64,000 bases of DNA, from the IMG/VR virus record IMGVR_UViG_3300033153_009093, positions 1-64,000 of that record, one strand, 5' to 3'. Position 1 is the stretch's first letter; each line of letters starts with the position of its first letter. This document shows, piece by piece, positions 31,028-41,271 of the stretch. The position numbers and the translations under genes were made by a program. The DNA comes from a virus. The notes under the pieces are model-generated. The model saw only the letters and a program-made list of their open reading frames with translations, ran no database searches and was not told the origin of the DNA.

Positions 31028-32155
31028 ATGTCTAAATTAATCGATATTTCTAAAATTCCACTTGATAAAAAAGAAAGTTTGGAAATTGCAGGATTTACTT
31101 CTAAGGCAAGAGAAAGGTACAAATTGGCACCGGCTAAATCAGATAATTTAAGTATTATGCTAGGGAATATATATAAATATTTTAAAGTATTTAATGAATC
31201 TAATGCGGCAACAGTATCATCTGACATTGAACCATTTAGAGATTTAGCCATCCTAGCGACTACTAAATTTTATACACAAAACATATTAGATCAAATTTGT
31301 TCAGTGCAAACAAGTGATTCTCCTTATGGATTGATTACATATGTTGATTTTCAATATGCAGATGACCATGCACCTGATACAATTGTTGCAGGTGATAGCA
31401 TAGCCAGAAGAAGTAGAACTTATGGCGATCATCCGGGCGAACAAACATTATCCAGAAGAATTAAAACGAAGATTGAACAAAAACCTATTACTGCCGGTGT
31501 TCGGTCTATTGAAGCATCTTATTCTCTTGAATCATTTTTAGCATTAAGCTCTGTCCAAGGGCAAGCAGGAGCAAAGCAGTTTCTTGATAGAACTTACTTA
31601 GATGTAATTGCTAATAAGTTAAGAGATGAAGCAGAATTTGCCGTTGTTGATGCTATGTATTCAAGCGTTTTACCTGCTCATACATTTACATTTGCGCACG
31701 ATACGACCGTTTGCGAAGAAGAAGAATGTCAAGCAAGACGATTCTTGGATAAAATTGAAGAGTCTGCTCAAAGTGTGTATGATAATAGAAAAGTATGGCC
31801 TAATGTTGTAATTGTCGGCTCTGATGCTCTTAAATTAATCAGAAGAGGAGATACTAAGATAATTAATAATTATAAAGCAGGCACTGGAGTACCTTCTTCT
31901 GTCGCCCGAAATTATTTAGGCGTTTTAGATGATAGATATGGACTATTATATGATCCAGAATTAACAGGGGCTATTTTAACTTAGAAAGATAATAGTACAG
32001 ATTATGGAGGGTCAGTAGTTTACACTTCCGTTGTTCCAGTTGCTATTACCCCGGCTATTACTGAAAGAGATTTGGCGACTTATAGAGTAATTTATACAGT
32101 TGATTCAGTAGATGTAATTCATCCTGAAATTATGGCGAGAATTGATATTGTTTAA
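31028..32155 (+). CDS. Major capsid protein, T4 gp23-like, 375 aa (1 TAG, 1 TGG)
   Basis: ICSVQTSDSPYGLI, ITAGVRSIEASYSLE, YLGVLDDRY; ILT*KDN matches gp23 FTVGYKG; TAA at 32153. Confidence 0.85.
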
Positions 32156-32178
32156 TAATTATATCTGAAAGGAATACT

Positions 32179-32210
32179 AAAGGAGGGTTGATTTATTCGC
32201 CCTCCTTTTA
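32179..32210. terminator. Terminator between convergent capsid and APS kinase genes
   Basis: aaaggaggg / ccctccttt stem with T run. Confidence 0.75.
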
Positions 32211-32212
32211 TT

Positions 32213-32725
32213 TTAGATATACTTATTTTCTTTTAAATAATTTATTATATGAGTATTGCATTCATTTAAAGTTAAGGTCTTAGTATTTAATTTAATATCA
32301 AACTTTAATGATGGTTCAAATTTTTGAGAGATGCCAGTAAAATTTTTTATATTTGTATTATATAATTTTTTAGGATTTCTTTTAATGCACGTTTCAATAT
32401 CACAGTCAAGATATATTTCAATAATATTATCAAAGTTATTTCTAAGAATATTTCTTATATTTTCTGTCGGTGTTATAAAAGATATAATAATATTTTGATT
32501 ACTTTTTAATAGCAACTTTGTTACTTCTTTTAATCTTCTAATGTTTTCTGTTCTATCAATTAAAGAATATTCTAAATCTGAAGATACCCCTTTTCTAAAT
32601 TCATCTCCATCTAATTTAATTAAATTAGGCAGTGTATCATTTAAATTATCATATAAATAATTTGCAATGGTAGTTTTCCCAGAACCAGACAATCCGGTTA
32701 AAAATATAATAAAATTTTTTTTCAT
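32213..32725 (-). CDS. cysC: Adenylyl-sulfate (APS) kinase
   Basis: FLTGLSGSGKTT, LDGDEFR, DRTENIRR, ISFITP, RNPKKLY, NFTGISQKFE. Confidence 0.92.
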   Translation of the reverse strand: MKKNFIIFLTGLSGSGKTTIANYLYDNLNDTLPNLIKLDGDEFRKGVSSDLEYSLIDRTENIRRLKEVTKLLLKSNQNIIISFITPTENIRNILRNNFDNIIEIYLDCDIETCIKRNPKKLYNTNIKNFTGISQKFEPSLKFDIKLNTKTLTLNECNTHIINYLKENKYI

Positions 32726-32727
32726 AA

Positions 32728-33060
32728 TTAGCGTTTTGTCAATAATATATCATATCGACCATCGACATTATTAAAATTAAGATTACATTTTTGTTTATAT
32801 TGTGATATTTTTTTATTAATATCATTCATATACTCTATAACTTCTATTTTCATAATTTTTTGATCCTGATATCTATTTTCATAACTCTATAAAATATAAG
32901 TATAGCTATCTATTATAGATTTACAATAATTAATATCAACCATATGAATTTCTAAATTACTAACATCATAACTTTTGTTATTCATATCAACGCTATATAA
33001 TATATTCGGCTAACTTAAAAAAATAATTAATAATAAACAATATAATAATTCTTTATTCAT
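32728..33060 (-). CDS. Secreted/membrane protein, 110 aa (2 TAG)
   Basis: MNKELLYCLLLIIFLS*PNILYS signal-like N-terminus; ATGA overlap with upstream gene; TAA 2 nt before cysC start. Confidence 0.65.
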
Positions 33061-33368
33061 TTAATATACCTACTATTTAAATCTGTTAATTCGGTTTCCA
33101 ACTAACGTAGTTCTCTTTTTATAGATATAGGCATTTCATCATTTTCTGAATATTTGTCACGTAAAGACTATATTCTTTCTTGTATATTTCTAATTTTATA
33201 TAAACTAGCAATAGCATTACATTTTTCTCCGATTTCCATTATCTGGCGTTCTAATAAAATCATCTCTGTTTTTTTTACAAATGATCTATTATAATTTATT
33301 AAATAACCGATAGCGGTAAACGTAAATAGTGTAATTGTAATATAAGATGCAATTTTACCACTATTCAT
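33057..33368 (-). CDS. TM plus coiled-coil protein (holin/spanin-like candidate), 103 aa (2 TAG)
   Basis: N-terminal TM; QERI*SLRDK...ELR*LETE; TGA stop overlaps next ATG. Confidence 0.6.
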
Positions 33369-33417
33369 TATATATAACCTTTAGATTTATATAATTAATT
33401 ATATAAAATTATTATAT

Positions 33418-33597
33418 TTATTCTTTTGAATAAATGCTGCTTGTAGTTCCTAATTTACGATACAGTGGTTGAAAATCATCTTTACTACAAGCAGCATTCT
33501 ATTCAGACGTGCTATCAGTATCACCTACATATATAGGGATATCAAATAATGTCAATGTCGTGCTATCCTAATTACTACTATCTCCATAATAAAACAT
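33418..33597 (-). CDS. Small protein, 59 aa (2 TAG)
   Basis: MFYYGDSSN*DSTT...DSTSE*NAAC; AAAGGG RBS; TAA stop. Confidence 0.55.
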
Positions 33598-33608
33598 TTT
33601 ATTACCCT

Positions 33609-33875
33609 TTAATGAACTGTTTCACTTTCAACAGATATATACATATTATGAAACCAATTTAATAACTCATTTATAAATGATTTTTCTGTTTTTATCTTCT
33701 GTAATAATGCTATTGCAATGTTTGAAGCTAGTAAATTTTTATTTGATATAGCAGTTGGAATAATAATTTTACTGTCAACTTTTGTGTCTGTTACTGGTTC
33801 AAAAATTACAACCGATGCATTTTTATTAATTATTAAATATACTTCATCGTCTTTCAACTTAACTGTTTCTTGCAT
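33609..33875 (-). CDS. Hypothetical protein
   Basis: AGGA RBS; one TGG. Confidence 0.55.
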   Translation of the reverse strand: MQETVKLKDDEVYLIINKNASVVIFEPVTDTKVDSKIIIPTAISNKNLLASNIAIALLQKIKTEKSFINELLNWFHNMYISVESETVH

Positions 33876-33939
33876 GATTTAAATATCCTATTTTTAAATT
33901 AATTAGTTATTACTTAAAATATAATATTGCGAGGGGTCT

Positions 33940-34434
33940 ATGAATAAAGAAAAATTAATAAAAATGCGTATTGCTTTAAAAAAATGGCTAGGAAATCCAC
34001 AAAATAAAAACAACCACATTGAAAAATTAAAAATTCTAAATAAATTAAATAGTATAAAATTAGAACTAAGAAGGATGGGGTATAATAAACGAGCGGGAAT
34101 CAAAGAAAAAAATATTCCTAAATCTAATAATGAATTTCATGAGCATATAGATGAATATAGATATTATTCTATTTTAAAAAGATTAAATGATCAATATATT
34201 AAGTGCAATTGTAAATTTAATCTTAATGATAAAGTTGCTACTACTGATGATAGAATTGGATTTATAAACAATATTATCGTTTATCCTGATAAAGTAACTA
34301 GAGACCAGTCAGGTATATATTTAATATTAAATATGTGCAAAACTGATGGAACAAAAGCAAAAAAATTACTTAGACGATCAAGATTAGATAATAAAGGTTT
34401 TCCGATTGAAGAAATAAATCTTTATATAACTTAA
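33940..34434 (+). CDS. Basic hypothetical protein
   Basis: GAGGGG RBS; uses TGG. Confidence 0.6.
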   Translation: MNKEKLIKMRIALKKWLGNPQNKNNHIEKLKILNKLNSIKLELRRMGYNKRAGIKEKNIPKSNNEFHEHIDEYRYYSILKRLNDQYIKCNCKFNLNDKVATTDDRIGFINNIIVYPDKVTRDQSGIYLILNMCKTDGTKAKKLLRRSRLDNKGFPIEEINLYIT

Positions 34435-34447
34435 TATTTTTAGTATA

Positions 34448-35005
34448 TTATGAACCAAAGGTTAAATAAAGTGCTATACCAATATATCTTTCTAAAACCT
34501 TTTTTACATAATAACTACTACCATTAACATACTCATTCAAACCTGCGGGCAAATTTCCTTCCTTTTTAGTATAATAGGTAATAACATGATTTCCTGCTGT
34601 TATGTTATTACCTATTTTTTTTAGATCATTTATATTATTTATATTATATATTTTTTTTAGTTCCGGCAACCATAGCGGCATTACTTGAGTTAATCCCACC
34701 GCACCTTTTGATGAAACTGCATCTTTATCAAAATTTGATTCAACTGATGTAATAGCCAGCATTAACCAAGGGTCATTGGTATTTTTATAAACGGCTTTAA
34801 TTATATTATCAATATCTGCTTTCGTTGCACTTCTTTTAGCATAAAATTTGCACCATTTAAATAATAATTGTTTTTGTTTGCGAGAAAGTTTAGTATTTTT
34901 AGCAACCTTTAATTTTATCTCATTCGGTTTATAAACAGGTATAATATCTATTGGTTTATAATAAATATTATAACATAATAATGACGTTAATATAACTGTT
35001 AGCAT
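34448..35005 (-). CDS. SLT-family lytic transglycosylase with N-terminal hydrophobic anchor
   Basis: AITSVESNF (catalytic Glu), AVSSKGAVGLTQVMP, NITAG; 3 TGG, 0 TAG. Confidence 0.88.
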   Translation of the reverse strand: MLTVILTSLLCYNIYYKPIDIIPVYKPNEIKLKVAKNTKLSRKQKQLLFKWCKFYAKRSATKADIDNIIKAVYKNTNDPWLMLAITSVESNFDKDAVSSKGAVGLTQVMPLWLPELKKIYNINNINDLKKIGNNITAGNHVITYYTKKEGNLPAGLNEYVNGSSYYVKKVLERYIGIALYLTFGS

Positions 35006-35009
35006 AATA

Positions 35010-35552
35010 TTAATATTGAGTTGATATTAATCTTGTATCATTAAAAATTAATAATTCTTCTAATGAATAATTAGAAATGGACGTTTTTAAAGTTGAATCT
35101 TCTTCCAATTTATCTGCCTTATATTCATTAAATTCATTATATAATAAATTTAATGAATCAATATTATTTAAAGTTATCAAAACTATTCCATTAGTTGTAT
35201 CTTCTGATGCTTTAAAATCTAAAGGAAAAGTTATGGTATCTTTTAATAAATATAAATTAGTTAAATTACTTTGCTAAAATATTGTAGACTATATTTTAAT
35301 ATTAGGATATAAACTAAATGTAAATCCATAATAAATTATTGCAGTTGTAATAGCTGATATCATTTCTGCAATTTCATGTCTTAATAAATTAATAGATGCA
35401 GTGGTCAAATCTCCCTAACTAGGTTTAGTTCTTGTATCATCCTATGCTATATTTGTATATTCTGTAATGGTTTTAAACATACCTGAATATAAAGGATTGG
35501 GGCATAATGAATCTAATCCTTTAGATGGATAATAGTAAAAATTATTGATCAT
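35010..35552 (-). CDS. Putative tail-fibre assembly-like protein, 180 aa (4 TAG)
   Basis: NIA*DDTRTKPS*GDL resembles the W...KP(S/T)W..L motif; ATG overlaps upstream gene end; TAA stop. Confidence 0.65.
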
Positions 35553-36339
35553 TCAATTCCCCTATTTTGTTAATAATAAATTTTGTGCCTCGTAAATCTA
35601 TTTTACAACTTTTTATAGATTTTATTTGTAAATAAAGTTCATCATTAGCATTACAACAAATAGGTAATGAATCCTTAATAGTTCCACAAGTATATTTTTC
35701 TTTATTTCTAATGTTTCGTATATTATACTTAACTTTTTCTAAATAGCAAGTTAATAATGTTCCATTGATAATATTATTATTTTGTTTTATTTGTGTATAA
35801 CAAATATTTTTTTCATTCAATAAATTATATACTAACATATTATATGATATATAATATTTACCTGAATGTAAAATTTTAATTTTACCGATTATACTATCAT
35901 ATTCAAAATAATTAGTATTGTCAAGATTTATTTCAAAATTATTTAAATTATTCTATTTAAAAGATGATAGTATATAATCATCTTTTAAATATCCATATAA
36001 TATATAATTATTCTAAATATCCATTTCTTCTTTTAATTTATACTATTGGGCGCTTTTTCTCACATAAGCTTTAAAATCATTAGGAGCATCACGTAAAGAA
36101 ACGCAATATTTTGATTCTAATGTTAAATGATCAAGTGAATCGGGTTTATTTAATATTACATTATCATAAATAACTCTTATAGAATCATTTATAATCAATG
36201 TTCTTAATTCTTCAGAGTCATATATATCCGATATTGTACAATAATTTGTTAAATCTATAGTACTGTCAACTGATATATATAGCCCAATATCATCTATAAA
36301 TATATCAGTTGAATCAGTATTAGTTATCTAAATATTCAT
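35542..36339 (-). CDS. Putative virion protein, 265 aa (4 TAG)
   Basis: ATG 36339, TAG at codon 4; continuous into ORF 35542..35838. Confidence 0.7.
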
Positions 36340-36342
36340 GTA

Positions 36343-37470
36343 TCAGATAGATCCTCCTGTTTTTGATAAAAATAATACAACGACCGGATTTTCAATATCT
36401 GAACCATCTGCGTATACTTCTATATTATCACCTTCGGAAAAATCTACATTTAATGTAGTATCCCTGTATGTAGTATCATTAATAATATTAATATCTACTA
36501 TATTAGTAAATGATCCATTTTTTCTAATATAAATATTTGAATTAACTATATTCTTTGATGTCATTATAGAAATGCTTACTAAAGTATAATCTGCATCTAA
36601 TAAAATTGATGATTTATTAGAATAAATTTCATTAACTTTTAAATATACTTTATCCGCTTTATCTTTTCTACTATAAATAAAATTTTGTCTCGAAGCTAAC
36701 CATTTTTCTCTAACAGTATCTTTTCCATATACAATACCATCTACTATTGATATATCTTCTAATTCAGTGGCATTAGTTTCTAAATCTAAAATTCTATCAT
36801 TTATATTAACATCACTTAGTTTTAACTATGAAGTTGTATCATATACATAATGAGATTTGAAATTATTACCGTCATCTTCAACAATAACGGCATTATTTTT
36901 TACAGGTACATGTACATTATCAAAATATAAACCATTCTAAATATATACTTTTTGGTCTGTCTACTACGTAGGTATTATTCTATCATTTATTTCTACATCA
37001 GCTAAAAATGCCTAATTAGTGCCATCATATTTATAATACTTTTCATCGGTTGTATTAGCAAATATGTCATTTATGTTTACAGAAGTAGGTTCAGTTGAAT
37101 CAATGTCAATTACTATATATTTTACTGGTTCAATCTAAGGATTTTCTTTTACATTATCATAATGTATTGTAGAATCTCCTGCATTTTGTAATTCAGATTT
37201 AGTATAATGTTGATCTTTTACATTATAAACATTTTCTCTTGATAAATAATCTAATGCATTAGATATATTTAAATCAACTGAACCATTATTAAGTACTAAC
37301 GATGTACCATCTGATATTAATGTTTTTAAATCATCACTATTACATAATTCCGCAAAAGTATATTGATTACTTAATACTATTGTAGCATCCGCTTCAATAT
37401 AATACCCCATATCGTTTATTAAATACGGAGAACTTAATAAATTTTTTATAATTGTCGTCTATTCGCTCAT
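36343..37470 (-). CDS. Putative tail-fibre/decoration protein, 375 aa (7 TAG, 1 TGG)
   Basis: YKYDGTN*, VYI*NG, YVYDTTS*LKL, DTVREKWL; joins ORFs 37135 and 36343. Confidence 0.75.
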
Positions 37471-37490
37471 AATTAAATACCTTAGTATAT

Positions 37491-37504
37491 TTATTATATT
37501 AATT
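37491..37504 (-). promoter_or_regulatory. Candidate late promoter AATTAATATAATAA
   Basis: Exact copy 20 nt before ATG 37470. Confidence 0.5.
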
Positions 37505-37891
37505 TAAAATAATTTTTAATAAAGGATAATCTATTCCTTTATTTGATTTAATAAATATTTTTAATTTTTTATTTTTATTTAATAATATCTAAATATCTTT
37601 TATATAATACTCCTTAACATTTTTAGATATTATAACATCATATATAATATCATTATCATTATATAAAAAAATTGTTGAATCCGATTTGGTATCCTTAGAT
37701 AAAAATAAAATATCTTTTATATATACATCAGTATCTGATACAAATCCTATAATATTTGATGGAATTTCATTCTAATAGAAAAATCTATTCGATGTATTTA
37801 TAGATTTTATATAATATATTAAAATATTATTATTATATAATGATGTTGTTGTATCTGTTATACTATAGTTATCTAAATTATATACTAACAT
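37499..37891 (-). CDS. Hypothetical protein, 130 aa (2 TAG)
   Basis: ATG 37891; FFY*NE, KDI*IL; TAA stop. Confidence 0.6.
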
Positions 37892-37911
37892 TGCCACGCT
37901 CTTTTTATTTT

Positions 37912-37949
37912 ATATCATGGTATAGCGAATATTCGCTATACCATGATAT
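37912..37949. repeat. Perfect 38-bp palindrome
   Basis: atatcatggtatagcgaat|attcgctataccatgatat. Confidence 0.95.
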
Positions 37950-37954
37950 TTTTA

Positions 37955-38284
37955 TTACAACTGTTTTATAATTTCTCCGGCCCATGACGGAACATTTACT
38001 TGTGCAAATTTTGAAGGGTAATTTTTCAATGTTGAAATAATATAAAGTTTGACCGCTTTATAATTCATATTAGTTTCATGGAGCACTGTCATAGAATTAA
38101 CTTTATTTTCCATTCTTCCAGTAATAATTTTATGAGTAACACTTTTTATAAAGCGGTCATTTTTACTACAAAAAGCCACTGAATATAGAAGCTTATCGCC
38201 TTCAAAACGATACCCAATAGAAATGACACCGTTACGAGTTGTATCATTTTGATTTCCAAAATACATATATTTAATTTTGTCCAT
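37955..38284 (-). CDS. Hypothetical phage protein
   Basis: YSVAFCSKNDRFIK motif; uses TGG. Confidence 0.6.
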   Translation of the reverse strand: MDKIKYMYFGNQNDTTRNGVISIGYRFEGDKLLYSVAFCSKNDRFIKSVTHKIITGRMENKVNSMTVLHETNMNYKAVKLYIISTLKNYPSKFAQVNVPSWAGEIIKQL

Positions 38285-38300
38285 ACTTTATCCTTATAAA

Positions 38301-38693
38301 TTAATTAATATAATTAGCTATAATATTTTTTACTTGCCGCCCGTTTACGCTACCATTAGGAAAATGTTTTATAACTTTTCCAATAGCGGCCATAGGGTTA
38401 ATTTTATCGAAGTCAATATTTTTTAAATATGAAATAATATCTTGTTCAGAAATTTGGACAGGAAGATATCCCATTAAAATATCCGTTTCAATATCAGCTT
38501 CAGATTGATCGGTGCAAGATTCTTTTAAAAATTTTAATGTTTTATTAATAACAGATATTATATAATCATCATCATAATTTTTATCTGACTTTCGTTGAAT
38601 ATCGAATATTAATACTCTTAATACTGATATTTTTATTTTATTTTTTAGTTTTAAAGCATTAGTTAAATCTACTTTAATTTTATTATATATCAT
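38301..38693 (-). CDS. GatB/YqeY domain protein
   Basis: IKVDLTNALK...SVLR, EADIETDILMGYLPVQISEQDI, G.VNG. Confidence 0.75.
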   Translation of the reverse strand: MIYNKIKVDLTNALKLKNKIKISVLRVLIFDIQRKSDKNYDDDYIISVINKTLKFLKESCTDQSEADIETDILMGYLPVQISEQDIISYLKNIDFDKINPMAAIGKVIKHFPNGSVNGRQVKNIIANYIN

Positions 38694-39325
38694 ATTTGAT
38701 ACCGGTTATGATAAAAGAAGACACATTCAGGTAATCGTAGAGGAATTTTTGATTGTTTGTATATATCACAATTTAATATTTTCTTAGCATGTTCCATTGA
38801 TTTAAAAAATGAAATGTGTTGTTTTTGTTTACAATTGGGCTGTATTGGTATAGTGCCAAAAAATAAATCCGTTGAATATTTTTTACATTTTAATATCACC
38901 TCCGATGATTTATATAAATGCTCTATGACTTCAAATGCCATAATTATATCATACTTATTATTTAAATTATCTAAATAAATATTAATATCTTCATGTAAAA
39001 ATCGTACATTATTTATAGAATATTTATTTTTTAAATAATTACATCTTTCTATTCTATTCTTTGAAAACTCTATTGATGTAATCTCGCAATTATATTTTTT
39101 TGCTATCAATAAATCTAATATACCATGACCACATCCTAAATTCAATATATTTTTTCCTTCTAAATCAATTTTAAACTTATCAAGAATAAATAAAAAATGA
39201 GTCTAATCTAATGAAGGAGAAATTTTATTACCCGTTTCAAATGAGTTTATACTTTGATTCAATAAATGAATATCATTTTCATATGTATATAGTAATTTTT
39301 CTTCTTCTATATATTTACATTTCAT
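38690..39325 (-). CDS. Class I SAM methyltransferase, 211 aa (1 TAG at codon 41)
   Basis: ATG 39325 in ATGA overlap; LD*THF; ILNLGCGHG, FEVIEH; paralog of 43826..44440. Confidence 0.75.
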
Positions 39326-39525
39326 AATTCTTTTACTCCTTCTTCTTGCTCTTTTAGCATTTTCTGAAATTGTTTTTCTAATTCAATACAATTATAAACT
39401 GCATTTTCCGATTCTTCTATTCTAATTGTCCAATTATCTTTATCGTATCTTGTATAAAAAGAATAGCAACTTTCATCAGTTTCAATAAAATGTATTATAG
39501 CTTCAGTGATTTGTTCTATTATCAT
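39322..39525 (-). CDS. Hypothetical protein
   Basis: Operon overlaps; uses TGG. Confidence 0.55.
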   Translation of the reverse strand: MIIEQITEAIIHFIETDESCYSFYTRYDKDNWTIRIEESENAVYNCIELEKQFQKMLKEQEEGVKEL

Positions 39526-39817
39526 ATTTATTCGATAATCCTTTATAATTTTTTATAAAATTAAACATTTTTAATTGGCGTTCCGTTCTTGTATCGCATG
39601 TATAATACTGTTCGCAATCTATACAAATGATATTTCCTAAATGAATGCAAGGATATTTTTCACTAAACATTTTATAACAATCAAATTCATCGTTATAGTT
39701 TTGCTCAAATAATGAATAATTAATCATTGGTTTATAATTTTTCGCAGCTATTAAATCTAGTGAATCATATTTAGGTAACCTATAAAATAATCTTAATAGA
39801 TATGATAAAAAGCTCAT
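39503..39817 (-). CDS. Hypothetical Cys-rich protein
   Basis: CIHL...CIDC...C; ATGA overlap. Confidence 0.5.
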   Translation of the reverse strand: MSFLSYLLRLFYRLPKYDSLDLIAAKNYKPMINYSLFEQNYNDEFDCYKMFSEKYPCIHLGNIICIDCEQYYTCDTRTERQLKMFNFIKNYKGLSNKYDNRTNH

Positions 39818-41268
39818 ATATTTCCTTTCGTTTTAAATTTTAATTTTCCGCAATCCCATACTCTATCATAACCATTATTCAAACAATTCCGATATTCTGT
39901 CAATTCAGGATTATATGTATTAAATTTTTTCTTCAATATCTTTTTTTGAAAACCTCTTTTATGAAGTAGATATGACTTGCCTCTAAAATAATAATAAGAA
40001 GGATCGACTTCATGAACAAATTTAAATCCATTTTTCAAATAAACCTTACCTTCAAAATATCGAAGGTCTGCGAAAGTATATATTGAATTAAAATTATAAT
40101 TATTAATAAAACATTTCAATAACTTAGAAAAAGCGCCATGAACTAATGTATTCTTTTTATTAACAAATCTTGTCAATTCGTAATCTTCTTTGTTTTTTCT
40201 AAAAGATATTGCGCTAACTAATTGATCTTTATAATATAACCCAAAATGTTTACCTCCAAAAAATCCTTGAATATGATTATTATTAAAGAAATCTTTTGAT
40301 ATTTTAGAATTAATTATTTTTATTTTACATTTCCTTGCACCGATCTTTGTTTCATAAATATTTAATTTTGCGAGAATAATAGATTTTATTATTTCTTTTT
40401 TAAATATCCATTCTGGTTCAAAGATAGATAGTAGTTGATGTCCTTCTTTTTTACAACCTAAATATTTTTCTTGATGATATCTAATAGGATTTTTATTATT
40501 ATTTTTTAATACTTGTTCGGAATGCCAGTAAATGCCGTTAAATTCAATTGCAAGTTTAAAAGAAGGTATCACTATATCTAACTCTTTTCCGTTCAAAATA
40601 GACCTATTAGACTGCTCGTAATCAATAGTTTTAGAATCAAGGAAAGCGCATATTTCTAATTCTGGTTTTGAAATATTTTTTGAACACATATTACAACCAT
40701 TTCCTCTTAAATGACCTTCGGGGGTTTGTTTAAATATTCCATGGATTGGACAAATAATTTTTACATGTTTTTGAGAATGTATATATATAGTAACTGAATA
40801 ATCATACTTATTATTATATATATTATTTGCCCTATGTATAAATTCTTCAATAGTTAATGTTTGATATTTTCCTCTTTTTTCTATTGAACACTTTTTACAT
40901 CCTTGTAATTGATTCAAATGCGCATCTGGAGTTTGTTTAAATATTCCGTGAATTGAACAAATAATTTTTATCTTGGTTCTACAATTCTTATATTCTACTA
41001 ATGAATAATCATACTTATTATTATGAACTTTACTAGCTCGTTCAATAAATTCCTGAATTGAAAATTTTTTATTATTAATTGAACACTTTTTACATCCTTG
41101 TAATTGATTCAAATGTGCATCTGGAGTTTGTTTAAATATTCCATGTTCAGAGCAAATAATTTTTATCTTGGTTCTACAATTCTTATATTCTACTAATGAA
41201 TAATCATACTTATTATTATGAACTTTACTAGCCTTTTCAATGAATTCTTTTGTTGTTAATTTTTTCAT
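39814..41268 (-). CDS. Hef-like homing endonuclease with N-terminal Zn-binding repeats
   Basis: 3 repeats of HNNKYDYS...IIC..HG.F.QTP..HL...GC..C; LDIVIP, AIEFNGIYWH; ARKC, NHIQG, ELTRF, ADLRY, VWDCG. Confidence 0.8.
   Translation of the reverse strand: MKKLTTKEFIEKASKVHNNKYDYSLVEYKNCRTKIKIICSEHGIFKQTPDAHLNQLQGCKKCSINNKKFSIQEFIERASKVHNNKYDYSLVEYKNCRTKIKIICSIHGIFKQTPDAHLNQLQGCKKCSIEKRGKYQTLTIEEFIHRANNIYNNKYDYSVTIYIHSQKHVKIICPIHGIFKQTPEGHLRGNGCNMCSKNISKPELEICAFLDSKTIDYEQSNRSILNGKELDIVIPSFKLAIEFNGIYWHSEQVLKNNNKNPIRYHQEKYLGCKKEGHQLLSIFEPEWIFKKEIIKSIILAKLNIYETKIGARKCKIKIINSKISKDFFNNNHIQGFFGGKHFGLYYKDQLVSAISFRKNKEDYELTRFVNKKNTLVHGAFSKLLKCFINNYNFNSIYTFADLRYFEGKVYLKNGFKFVHEVDPSYYYFRGKSYLLHKRGFQKKILKKKFNTYNPELTEYRNCLNNGYDRVWDCGKLKFKTKGNI
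40883..41232. repeat. Tandem duplication with 195-nt period inside the endonuclease gene
   Basis: Near-identical copies starting at 40883 and 41078. Confidence 0.9.
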
Positions 41269-41271
41269 TTA

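Noticed and set aside
40883-41232. DGR template/variable repeat pair
   Set aside because: The copies are in-frame tandem modules within one ORF, and no reverse transcriptase is present in the window.
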